A model generated the notes under the pieces. The model made no database searches and was not told where the DNA came from. It worked only from the letters and a program-made list of their open reading frames with translations. The position numbers and the translations under genes were made by a program. Positions 19,902-28,147 of a stretch of DNA of 64,000 nucleotides are shown one piece after another; positions within the stretch are counted from its first letter, which is position 1; each line of letters begins with the position of its first letter. This DNA is from an uncultured Candidatus Saccharibacteria bacterium. GTDB taxonomy: Bacteria; Patescibacteriota; Minisyncoccia; Phycocordibacterales; CAIRYW01. The stretch lies in NCBI GenBank assembly GCA_964446625.1, contig CAYUPH010000002.1, forward strand, positions 69,743-133,742, written 5' to 3'.

Positions 19902-20021
19902 TTGAGAATAATTCTATCATATTTCCCAAAAAAACTTTACAACTTTAGTGCTTCTGTTAGAGTGTTGGCAGTAGCCCTTTCAAATTCCTGAAACGGCGAA
20001 CTCATTCCAAAACCTACTCCA

Positions 20022-20615
20022 ATGATTCAACGCGCGTTACTATCCGTCTCCGACAAATCCGGCATCGTCGATTTTGCCCGAAGTCTGCATGAAATGAAAG
20101 TTGAGTTGCTGTCCACCGGCGGCACAGCCAAGACCCTCCGCGAAGCGGGACTGCCAGTTATCGAAGTCAGCGACTACACCGGCTTTCCTGAGTGCCTCGA
20201 CGGCCGGGTGAAGACGCTTCATCCGAAAATCCACGGCGGATTCCTCTACATCCGCGGGAATGCCGAGCACGAAGCCCAGGCCGCAAAGCATGGGATCGGC
20301 CCCATCGACCTGCTGGTGGTCAATCTTTACCCGTTCGAGCAGACCGTGGCCCGCGAAGGCGTGTCGTTCGAAGATGCCATCGAAAACATCGACATCGGCG
20401 GCCCGGCGATGCTCCGCGCTGCGGCGAAGAACCACGAATCCGTGACCATCGTCACTGATCCCGCCGACTACGAGACGGTGATCGAGGAAATGACCACCAA
20501 CGGCGGCGATACCACGCTTTCCACCCGGCGCCGGCTGGCCGTGAAGGTGTATCGCCGCACGTCGGAATACGACGCTGCGATAAGCGACTACTTGGAGGCG
20601 ACTTTCAAAGATTAA
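20022..20615 (+). CDS. purH: Stand-alone IMP cyclohydrolase (N-terminal domain of PurH only)
   Basis: [47 protein letters not shown]; stops after YDAAISDYL, no transformylase domain; markedly high GC. Confidence 0.92.
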   Translation: MIQRALLSVSDKSGIVDFARSLHEMKVELLSTGGTAKTLREAGLPVIEVSDYTGFPECLDGRVKTLHPKIHGGFLYIRGNAEHEAQAAKHGIGPIDLLVVNLYPFEQTVAREGVSFEDAIENIDIGGPAMLRAAAKNHESVTIVTDPADYETVIEEMTTNGGDTTLSTRRRLAVKVYRRTSEYDAAISDYLEATFKD

Positions 20616-20629
20616 ACTGCCCTCCTCCT

Positions 20630-20657
20630 GCAACAACCATAAGTTGTTGCTTTTTTT
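20630..20657 (+). terminator. Intrinsic terminator after purH-N
   Basis: gcaacaac-cataa-gttgttgc-ttttttt. Confidence 0.8.
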
Positions 20658-20667
20658 ATTCCCAAAA

Positions 20668-22095
20668 CTAAGAAATAGCTGCAACAATCGCCTCTTTTGC
20701 GACCGCAGGGTTTATTGACCCTTTTCCTGCTTTCATAATTTGTCCAACTAGAAACATAAGAGCTGCTTCTTTTCCTCCTTTGTAGTCTTCTACCACACTT
20801 GGGTTTGCGACTAGAACTTCGTCTATTATCTTTTTGAGCGCTTCGGGATCATTTTTTAAAATCCATCCTTTTTCTTCTGCAATTTTTTCTGGGTCTTCAC
20901 CTCCTTCAGTAAAAAGAATTGCAAGAATATCCTTGGCTCCCCTGCTCGAAATCTTTCCAGAAGAGAGTAGGTTTATGAGTTCTCCAAATGAGCTTGGGAA
21001 AACTCCTCCTGTATCTGTTTTACCCGCATTTTTCATGAGTCCTAGAAGATCCGACACAATATAGTTTGCCGCAAGAGTCACACAGCTCTTATCGTTGCAA
21101 AAGTTTTCTATTGCTCTCTCAAAAAACACGCCGAGAGCACTGTTTTGAACAAATACTTCTATATCATCATTTTTTAGTCCGTATGTGTTTACATACCTCT
21201 GTCTCTTTTCTTCTGGGAGCTCGGGCATTTCTTTGCGAAGTGTTTCCTCTTTTAGTTCTGGAATTTCAGAGAGATAGAACTTTGGAATGTCTGGCTCTGG
21301 AAAGTATCTGTAGTCATGGGCATCTTCTTTTGATCTTTGGCTAAAAGTTTTTCCTGTTGATTCGTCAAAACCTCTTGTTTCTTGAACAATCTTTTCGCCG
21401 CTTTCTAAAACTTTTCGATGTCTTTCTATTTCAAACTCGATTGCTCTTTGTACTGATTTAAAGGAGTTAAGGTTTTTTACTTCTACTTTTGTTCCGAACT
21501 TTGTAGGGTCGCTACTTATTGAAATATTTGCCTCAACACGCATTTGTCCCTTTTCCATGTTTGCTTCACTTGCACCAAGATAGCGAAGAATGAGCTGAAG
21601 CTCTCGTGCAAAATCTCCTGCTGTTTTTGCGTCGTGTATTACAGGCTCTGTTACAAGTTCCATAAGTGGAAGCGATGAACGATTGAAATCCACGAGCGAG
21701 TAATCTCCCGTGTCGTGGCTACTTTTTGCCGTGTCTTCCTCTAAGTGAATTCGAGTGAGCTCTACCCCTTTTATATTTCCTCCTGAAACAAGAGGGTATT
21801 TGTACTGACTAATTTGATACCCTTTTGGAATGTCGGGATAAAAGTAGTTTTTTCTATCAAACTCTGTAAAGTCAGCGAGCTTTCCACCAACCGCAAGGCC
21901 TACCATGAGAACTTTTTTTATAGCTTCAAAGTTTGGGTAAGGAAGGGTTCCCGGGTGACCCATACACACCGGACAGACATTTACATTAGGTTTTTCTTCG
22001 TCAGGGTCGTTCTTGCACCCACAAAACATCTTGCTTACCGTCTGAAGCTCTGCGTGGATTTCGAGACCAATGGTTGCAGTGTATTTGTTTTCCAT
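20668..22095 (-). CDS. gatB: Asp/Glu-tRNA amidotransferase subunit B
   Basis: IGLEIHAEL, FDRKNYFYPD, RIHLEED, EVKNLNS, DYRYFPEPD; start set at ATG 22095. Confidence 0.97.
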   Translation of the reverse strand: MENKYTATIGLEIHAELQTVSKMFCGCKNDPDEEKPNVNVCPVCMGHPGTLPYPNFEAIKKVLMVGLAVGGKLADFTEFDRKNYFYPDIPKGYQISQYKYPLVSGGNIKGVELTRIHLEEDTAKSSHDTGDYSLVDFNRSSLPLMELVTEPVIHDAKTAGDFARELQLILRYLGASEANMEKGQMRVEANISISSDPTKFGTKVEVKNLNSFKSVQRAIEFEIERHRKVLESGEKIVQETRGFDESTGKTFSQRSKEDAHDYRYFPEPDIPKFYLSEIPELKEETLRKEMPELPEEKRQRYVNTYGLKNDDIEVFVQNSALGVFFERAIENFCNDKSCVTLAANYIVSDLLGLMKNAGKTDTGGVFPSSFGELINLLSSGKISSRGAKDILAILFTEGGEDPEKIAEEKGWILKNDPEALKKIIDEVLVANPSVVEDYKGGKEAALMFLVGQIMKAGKGSINPAVAKEAIVAAIS

Positions 22096-22136
22096 AGGGA
22101 GTATGATAGCATCAATTTGAAACCTGTTCCAATCAT

Positions 22137-22337
22137 ATGGCACATTTTGACCCAGACCGCATACCAGAAGGAGCGGACATTCATGACCGTTCGGCTTTGC
22201 CCACACTCGGATTCCTTTCAAAAATTTCAGATTGGCTGAAAAGACGGAAAGGACTCGTTCGATGTGAGTTATGCGGTGAGTATTGGCTGCGCGATACTGC
22301 CAATAACAACTGTCCTAACTGCTGCGTCGGAGATTAA
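22137..22337 (+). CDS. Small zinc-ribbon-like ORFan (66 aa)
   Basis: CELC-x12-CPNC; TATGAT upstream; hairpin gctgcgtcggag/ctctgattgcagc+T7 overlapping the stop. Confidence 0.55.
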   Translation: MAHFDPDRIPEGADIHDRSALPTLGFLSKISDWLKRRKGLVRCELCGEYWLRDTANNNCPNCCVGD

Positions 22338-22356
22338 CCTCTGATTGCAGCTTTTT

Positions 22357-23337
22357 TTATTTCCCCTCTTCTTCTCGAAGAAGCTTCACAAGCGAATCTT
22401 TAAAATTCTTTACTGATTCATCATCAAGAACAGAGATTGTCATCACCTCTTTCTTTGTAGCCTTTAGTTCTTTTATTTTTGCCTTTAGAGTCTTTTCGTC
22501 ACAAACATCTGTCTTAGTAAGCAGAATTATCTGTCTTTTTTTAAGTAGAGTTTCATCAAACTTTTCTAGTTCGCCTGCAACAGTTTCGTACACTTCTCGT
22601 ACATTTTCATTTTCCGCAGATACGAGATGTAAAATTATTTCTGTTCGCTTTATATGCTTCAAGAATTTGTGTCCAAGTCCTTTTCCCTCACTTGCCCCTT
22701 CTATAAGTCCAGGAATATCCGCGAGCACAAACTCGTAGAGTGCTCCGAGGTGTGGCTCAAGAGTTGTAAATTGATAGCTACCAATTTTTGAATTTGCATT
22801 TGTGAGAGCGTTCAAAAGAGAGCTCTTTCCTGCGTTTGGCAAACCCACAAGTCCAACTTGCGCAAACATCTGTAGCTCCACCTGAAACCATGCACTTTCT
22901 CCCTCCTGTCCTTTTGTGGATTCTTCTGGAGTTTGGTTTGTTGAACTCTTGAAGTACTCATTGCCAAGTCCACCTCTTCCTCCTTTTAATATAAGCTCTT
23001 CTTGTCCGATCTTTTCTAGAGAAAACTTCTCTCCCGTCTCCTGGTTCTTTAAAATACTTCCGACAGGAAAATCAATATAGAGGTTTTCTCCATTCTTTCC
23101 GTGACAGCTGTTTTTAAAACCATCTTCCCCTTTTTCTGCTTCAAACTTTTTTACATGTTTGTAGTTAGACAAAAGACTAATATCGGATACGGCGCGAATA
23201 AACACATCTCCTCCTCGTCCACCGTTTCCGCCTGACGGACCAGAATACTCTTTTCCTTTTTCATGTCGGAAGCGCACAACCCCATCTCCTCCACTTCCTG
23301 CTTTTATATAAATTTTAATTTCGTCAATTAATGCCAT
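22357..23337 (-). CDS. obgE: GTPase ObgE/CgtA
   Basis: Gly-rich Obg domain, GLPNAGKSS, YQFTT, DIPG, TKTD. Confidence 0.97.
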   Translation of the reverse strand: MALIDEIKIYIKAGSGGDGVVRFRHEKGKEYSGPSGGNGGRGGDVFIRAVSDISLLSNYKHVKKFEAEKGEDGFKNSCHGKNGENLYIDFPVGSILKNQETGEKFSLEKIGQEELILKGGRGGLGNEYFKSSTNQTPEESTKGQEGESAWFQVELQMFAQVGLVGLPNAGKSSLLNALTNANSKIGSYQFTTLEPHLGALYEFVLADIPGLIEGASEGKGLGHKFLKHIKRTEIILHLVSAENENVREVYETVAGELEKFDETLLKKRQIILLTKTDVCDEKTLKAKIKELKATKKEVMTISVLDDESVKNFKDSLVKLLREEEGK

Positions 23338-23346
23338 ATGTTTTAT

Positions 23347-23381
23347 TTATTACTTTCAACTTTTTACTTTCTTCTTTCTAC
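23347..23381. repeat. Degenerate heptamer tandem repeat (TTTCTAC-like x5)
   Basis: ttattac tttcaac tttttac tttcttc tttctac. Confidence 0.7.
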
Positions 23382-23389
23382 TACCTCCC

Positions 23390-24268
23390 CTACTCTCTGA
23401 GTGCGATTTTTGCGAGAGCTAGCGCTGACTCTTTATCTGTCGTAAATGCTGCAAAACGCTTGAGGTGACAAAACTTTGCCCCAGAAACTCCTGTCAGCTT
23501 TTGAAACTCCTCTCCTTCTTTTCCTGCCCAGTTTTCTGGAAGGTCTTTTCTATTTTCAAAAGTACCATCTCCTTTTTTTATCGCTCGCAGGCTCCAACTA
23601 TTTTCTGCTTTATTGTAAGGAGAGACAATAAAAACAACATCCTTATATTCCTGAACGACTCCCGAGAGACCAGAAAAATGATCTTCAAAAACAAGGAGCG
23701 CTTTGTTCTCTGCATTTTCATACACTTCTTTCACTTTTCTCTTAGTGTCTACTAACGCTCTTGCCCCCGCTATTTCTCGAGAAAGAACTAGTTTCGCCAT
23801 TTTCACTGCTTCAAAAAATGCAGCGTCCATATCATAGCTTCCTTCGAGATGTGTAGGTTCAAAAGATGAAACAATATTGTAGACAGCATATTGCGACACA
23901 CCTTCGAAAAGTGGCTTAGATATTGCAACCCCATTGTCCCCCGCATCAATCGGTAAAACAAGTTTTTGTTCAATATATTTTGCCTCTTCCTCTCCACCTG
24001 CTATTTGTGTTCCGTAGTGCTTCCACATAAGCCCGAATCCGGCATAAGGTATTTTATTTTCTCTATACATAATTTCCTGATGGTGATCAAATCGACAAGC
24101 CTCAGGATCATATATTCGCCCGACATCTACTGCAATGTCTGCTGTTTTAATCTTCTCCATGTCCCTTGTTCGAATGACAGATATATCTCCAAAAAGAATT
24201 TCAAATGCTGCAATTGAAAAAACATCATCTGCATGGAAAGGTCCATCGTGTGTTGCGACTACTTTCAT
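23390..24268 (-). CDS. MYG1-family DHH nuclease
   Basis: THDGPFHADD, IRTRD, VDVG, FDHHQ, FCH motifs. Confidence 0.92.
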   Translation of the reverse strand: MKVVATHDGPFHADDVFSIAAFEILFGDISVIRTRDMEKIKTADIAVDVGRIYDPEACRFDHHQEIMYRENKIPYAGFGLMWKHYGTQIAGGEEEAKYIEQKLVLPIDAGDNGVAISKPLFEGVSQYAVYNIVSSFEPTHLEGSYDMDAAFFEAVKMAKLVLSREIAGARALVDTKRKVKEVYENAENKALLVFEDHFSGLSGVVQEYKDVVFIVSPYNKAENSWSLRAIKKGDGTFENRKDLPENWAGKEGEEFQKLTGVSGAKFCHLKRFAAFTTDKESALALAKIALRE

Positions 24269-24269
24269 T

Positions 24270-24467
24270 TTAGAGACCAAGATTAAGACTGTTCACTTGC
24301 TCGAGACCTGAAAGAAAACTTGGTATAGCAAACGCAAGACCTATGACAGGAAGCACAACCAGCGCGATTGTAATCCAAAAAGTGAGTGCAAAGTACCTTT
24401 TGAGCTTTTTAATATCAGCACTCAGTAAGTCAATTTTTGTTTCGAGATTTTTAATTTGTTCTTCCAT
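24270..24467 (-). CDS. Small membrane protein
   Basis: 65 aa, short coiled coil + TM; tight operon spacing. Confidence 0.7.
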   Translation of the reverse strand: MEEQIKNLETKIDLLSADIKKLKRYFALTFWITIALVVLPVIGLAFAIPSFLSGLEQVNSLNLGL

Positions 24468-24471
24468 TTTT

Positions 24472-25260
24472 TTAGTCTAGTTTTAATAATCGTCCTTCTT
24501 TTTTTACTTTAGCAAACATTTTTACAAAAAACCAAAGCATTACTACCAAATAAATGAGTGCTACACCGAGTCCGTTTGCCATATATTTCCATGCCACATC
24601 TCCTGTTGCAAATGTAAACCTAATCCCTTCAAAGACATATGTTGAAGGAATAAAATATGAAATCCACGAAAACGCAGGGGGGATTGCTGAAACTGGGTAA
24701 AACACGGCTGAGAAAGGCTGAACTAGAAAGACAAGGCCGAAAGCCAGCACCTGTGCAGATGTTCCGAATCGGAGGATTATCGCCATGTTAAAGATAGCAA
24801 GACTAAAACCAAAAATAAGTAGAATGAGTATAAAAGGCAAAAGAGCGAATCCTAGCGAAAATATATTGAAGTGATAAAGGAGAATCGCAAGGAGTGCCAT
24901 TACTCCTAGAACTGCAGTCGTTCGGATAACACCAAGAAGAACAGTTGAAAAAAGGAACTCGCTAACACGCAGTGGCGTGACGAACAGATTAAGGAAGTTC
25001 CTTTCCCAAACATCCTCGAGGAAAGTAATCGCGACCGCATTTTGCATTCGTTGCATCAGCTCCCACAAAATAATTGATCCAAGGAGAATACTCACAATGT
25101 TTACATTGTCGAGGCTTATTTTTCCAAGGTAAACTGAAAGGAAACCCCACATAAGAATCGACACGACAGGCCAAAAGAAAATATCCATGAGTCTCGGAAG
25201 ACTTCGTTTGTAAAGATATAGGTGTCTGATTGTAAGCGCATTAATGCGGTGTAGTTTCAT
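24472..25260 (-). CDS. ABC-2 type transporter permease
   Basis: Six TM helices, SAVFYPV..P, next to the ATPase. Confidence 0.9.
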   Translation of the reverse strand: MKLHRINALTIRHLYLYKRSLPRLMDIFFWPVVSILMWGFLSVYLGKISLDNVNIVSILLGSIILWELMQRMQNAVAITFLEDVWERNFLNLFVTPLRVSEFLFSTVLLGVIRTTAVLGVMALLAILLYHFNIFSLGFALLPFILILLIFGFSLAIFNMAIILRFGTSAQVLAFGLVFLVQPFSAVFYPVSAIPPAFSWISYFIPSTYVFEGIRFTFATGDVAWKYMANGLGVALIYLVVMLWFFVKMFAKVKKEGRLLKLD

Positions 25261-25264
25261 ATTT

Positions 25265-25987
25265 TTACTCTTCTCTTGCAATTGCAAGGAACACTTCATT
25301 TAAGTCTTTGTGTCCAAACTTCTGGACAAGAGCTGCTGGAGTTCCCTCTTCTCGGATTTTTCCTTTGTTTATAAAAATAACTGTGTCACAAATCTCTTCT
25401 ATCTCCTGCATATTGTGTGATGTATAAAGAATCGATACCCCTCTTTCCTGCTGAATTTTCTTTAACATTTTTCGTGTCTTGTCTGCTATATCTGGATCAA
25501 GGGACGCAGTTGCCTCGTCCAAAAGAAGAAGTTCTGGATCGTTTAAAAATGCTTTTGTTAGATTCACACGAGTAAGTTGTCCAGTAGAGAGTGCAGGAGT
25601 TTTTTTTGAAAGCAGGTGCTCCACCTCGAAATACTTTGCGGTCTCTTTTATTTTTTGTACCGGATTTTTTACTCCATAAAGACGAGCAAAAGTAAGGAGG
25701 TTTTCCATGACAGTAAGACTCATCGGAAGAGAGACGTACGGGGAAGAAAAGTTTGTCTTCGCCAAAATCTCTCCTCTATGCTCGATAAAATCTTTGCCGA
25801 AAATCTCTATACTTCCTTTTGTAGGCGTAATAAGTCCAAGAAGCATTTGAATTGTTGTAGTCTTTCCAGCACCATTTGGACCAAGAAGCGCAGTGATCTT
25901 CCCTTTTTGCACCCGCAGCGAAAGGTTGTCAACAGCGCGAAAAGTACCAAACTCTTTGATTAGATTTTTTGTCTCAATAATATACAT
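25265..25987 (-). CDS. ABC transporter ATP-binding protein
   Basis: GPNGAGKTT, LSTGQ, LLLDE, SH. Confidence 0.95.
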   Translation of the reverse strand: MYIIETKNLIKEFGTFRAVDNLSLRVQKGKITALLGPNGAGKTTTIQMLLGLITPTKGSIEIFGKDFIEHRGEILAKTNFSSPYVSLPMSLTVMENLLTFARLYGVKNPVQKIKETAKYFEVEHLLSKKTPALSTGQLTRVNLTKAFLNDPELLLLDEATASLDPDIADKTRKMLKKIQQERGVSILYTSHNMQEIEEICDTVIFINKGKIREEGTPAALVQKFGHKDLNEVFLAIAREE

Positions 25988-27042
25988 TACGCTCTATAGT
26001 CTCGCACAATGAGCGTTTTGTAAATATCCAGAAGAGCAAATAGAAAACTAAGTGTAATTGGCCCCAAAATAAAGCCTACTGCCCCGAAAAAGCTAATTCC
26101 TCCAAGAGCAGACAAAAGGATAAGGAGCGGGTGAATTTGAACACCTTTTCCGATAAGTTTTGGACCGAGCAAATTATCAATAAACCCTACCGCAAGTGCT
26201 CCCCAAATCAAAAGACCTAGTGCTCCAAAACTGTTTCCTGAAAAGAAAAGGTAAAGAATAGCAGGAACAATAACTATTGAAGTTCCAAGTCCTGGAATAA
26301 GCGCTGCCACCATCGCGACACCTCCCCATAGAACCGGTGACGGAAGTCCAAAAAATGAAAAACCAGCTATTGAAAGTGCTCCTTGAATGATTGCAACAAA
26401 TATTGAACCCTTCACAATAGAATGAACAGCACTCTGAAGCTTCTGCATTATTAGTTCGTCTCTATCGTCTTTCATTGGACTAAGTGCAACAATACTCTTT
26501 CGAAGTTTTTCTCCATCTCGAATAAGATAGAAGAAAGAGATGAGAAAAAGAAATATTCCTACCGCAAGCTTTGCGAGTCCAGAGAAAATATCTCCAAAAT
26601 GCCCCCGAAGCCATGTCAAAACCTGAATAATGTAGTTTTCGGTGTCTGCAACATCAAAGACAGGTGTATTTACAGAGACTGGTGAAAAGTTATGAACAAG
26701 TCTATTGGCCACTTCAGTTAGTTTTGGTATTAGATCACCTTCTCCAAGAGTGGTGACTGAGGTTGTATAGAGGTTTCTTACTTCATCGGAAAGTTGAATT
26801 CCAAAAAGGGATAGCGGGACAACTACAACTGCAATAACAATCACTACGGTTATAAGCGCAGAAAGAGACTCACTATTCGGCATGTGTCTTAAGATTTTTT
26901 TGTATAAAGGAGAGAAAATCACTGCAAATACAACCGCAATAAAAAGCGTATATAGATAGGGAGACAAAATTTTAAAAACCAAAAACAGCGACCCTATGAG
27001 TAGAAAGAAGAAAAGATAGTTTTCGAGTTTCCTTTCGTGCAT
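25987..27042 (-). CDS. AI-2E (PerM) family transporter
   Basis: FFYLIRDG, IPGLG, DNLLGPKL, FGAVGFILGP. Confidence 0.92.
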   Translation of the reverse strand: MHERKLENYLFFFLLIGSLFLVFKILSPYLYTLFIAVVFAVIFSPLYKKILRHMPNSESLSALITVVIVIAVVVVPLSLFGIQLSDEVRNLYTTSVTTLGEGDLIPKLTEVANRLVHNFSPVSVNTPVFDVADTENYIIQVLTWLRGHFGDIFSGLAKLAVGIFLFLISFFYLIRDGEKLRKSIVALSPMKDDRDELIMQKLQSAVHSIVKGSIFVAIIQGALSIAGFSFFGLPSPVLWGGVAMVAALIPGLGTSIVIVPAILYLFFSGNSFGALGLLIWGALAVGFIDNLLGPKLIGKGVQIHPLLILLSALGGISFFGAVGFILGPITLSFLFALLDIYKTLIVRDYRA

Positions 27043-27089
27043 GTATTAATTATACTTTTTTTTAAAAAAATCCACAAAGGGGAAAAACC

Positions 27090-28103
27090 TTAACTCTGAG
27101 GAAGTCCGGATGTGCCCACAGGACTCGGAACTTCTTTGGATTTAAAGAAATCTTCTACACCGTCATACGTTGCTTTCGCCATGTCTTTTATAAAAAAATT
27201 CCTTTTTCTTTTATTCTGAACCTGGTTTTCATAAATGTACGCATACTCAATCAGCATACTAGGTGCACTTGAGGTATTACTTGCACCAATCGCTATAAGC
27301 TCCTCATCTTCTACAATTCCAGCATCTTCGATTGGCAAATTACTTACTTTAGATTGTTTCTTGAGCCTTCCAAAAACATACTCCGCAATATGCTTTGTTG
27401 TTTCGCTATTTCCATACTTACTTTCTGGAACATAAATAGCAAACCCTGAGTAAAGTTTCTCCTTCCCCACTCGTCCTCCATAGTCATTGAAATGAACATG
27501 GAGAACAATGTCTATACTGTTTTCATTGGCCCATTTTGTAATTGCATAGAGGCGTTCGGCAACTCCTGGAGGTGCAGTGTTATGAGGTACGCCTGCCTTT
27601 TTTTCTCCCACTTTTTTTACACTTCCTTTGTTCTTTTGAAAATCTTTTCTCGATGCATTTATCCATGCTGGGATTTTGCTTAAGTTTCCATCAAAATAGC
27701 TCGAGAAAACAGGGTCCCAATTTTCTTTGTCTCTTGTAATATATACTTTGTAGTGAGTATTTTTTTCTAATAACTTTTTTATTTCATTACCCAGATCAAC
27801 ATTTAGATCACGTTCCCAAAGGTTATTAAAGCCCGTTCCTCCAAAGCTCGGCTCGTGACCAGGAACAATAAGAATTTTTACTTCCTTTCCTTTTTCTTCA
27901 TAATTTTTTTGTATTTGACTTATGGTTTTAAAATCAGGCTTCAAAACAATTGGAGAAACTGAAACCGAGGTGTTTTTTGCGGATACCCCTAAGATAACTC
28001 TTGGAGTATCATTTTTTGCATGAGAAGCAACACAAAAAAAGCTTAGAAATGCATAAAGAACACCCAAAGATATTTTATTCAGTTTTTTGGAAGGCGCTTC
28101 CAC
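27090..28103 (-). CDS. N-acetylmuramoyl-L-alanine amidase (Amidase_3)
   Basis: IVPGH, ERDLN, LHVHFND, SMLIE; N-terminal signal. Confidence 0.85.
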   Translation of the reverse strand: MEAPSKKLNKISLGVLYAFLSFFCVASHAKNDTPRVILGVSAKNTSVSVSPIVLKPDFKTISQIQKNYEEKGKEVKILIVPGHEPSFGGTGFNNLWERDLNVDLGNEIKKLLEKNTHYKVYITRDKENWDPVFSSYFDGNLSKIPAWINASRKDFQKNKGSVKKVGEKKAGVPHNTAPPGVAERLYAITKWANENSIDIVLHVHFNDYGGRVGKEKLYSGFAIYVPESKYGNSETTKHIAEYVFGRLKKQSKVSNLPIEDAGIVEDEELIAIGASNTSSAPSMLIEYAYIYENQVQNKRKRNFFIKDMAKATYDGVEDFFKSKEVPSPVGTSGLPQS

Positions 28104-28147
28104 TCAGACATTATACTTCGAGAAAAGTAAAATTTACAGAGGAAAAT

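Noticed and set aside
19964-20021. ZMP/ZTP riboswitch upstream of purH-N
   Set aside because: Leader is short and lacks the conserved pfl elements such as the 3' CGCCUGGG pseudoknot segment
20040-20687. 215-aa antisense ORF over purH-N
   Set aside because: Expected shadow of high third-position GC; the + strand protein is clearly PurH-like
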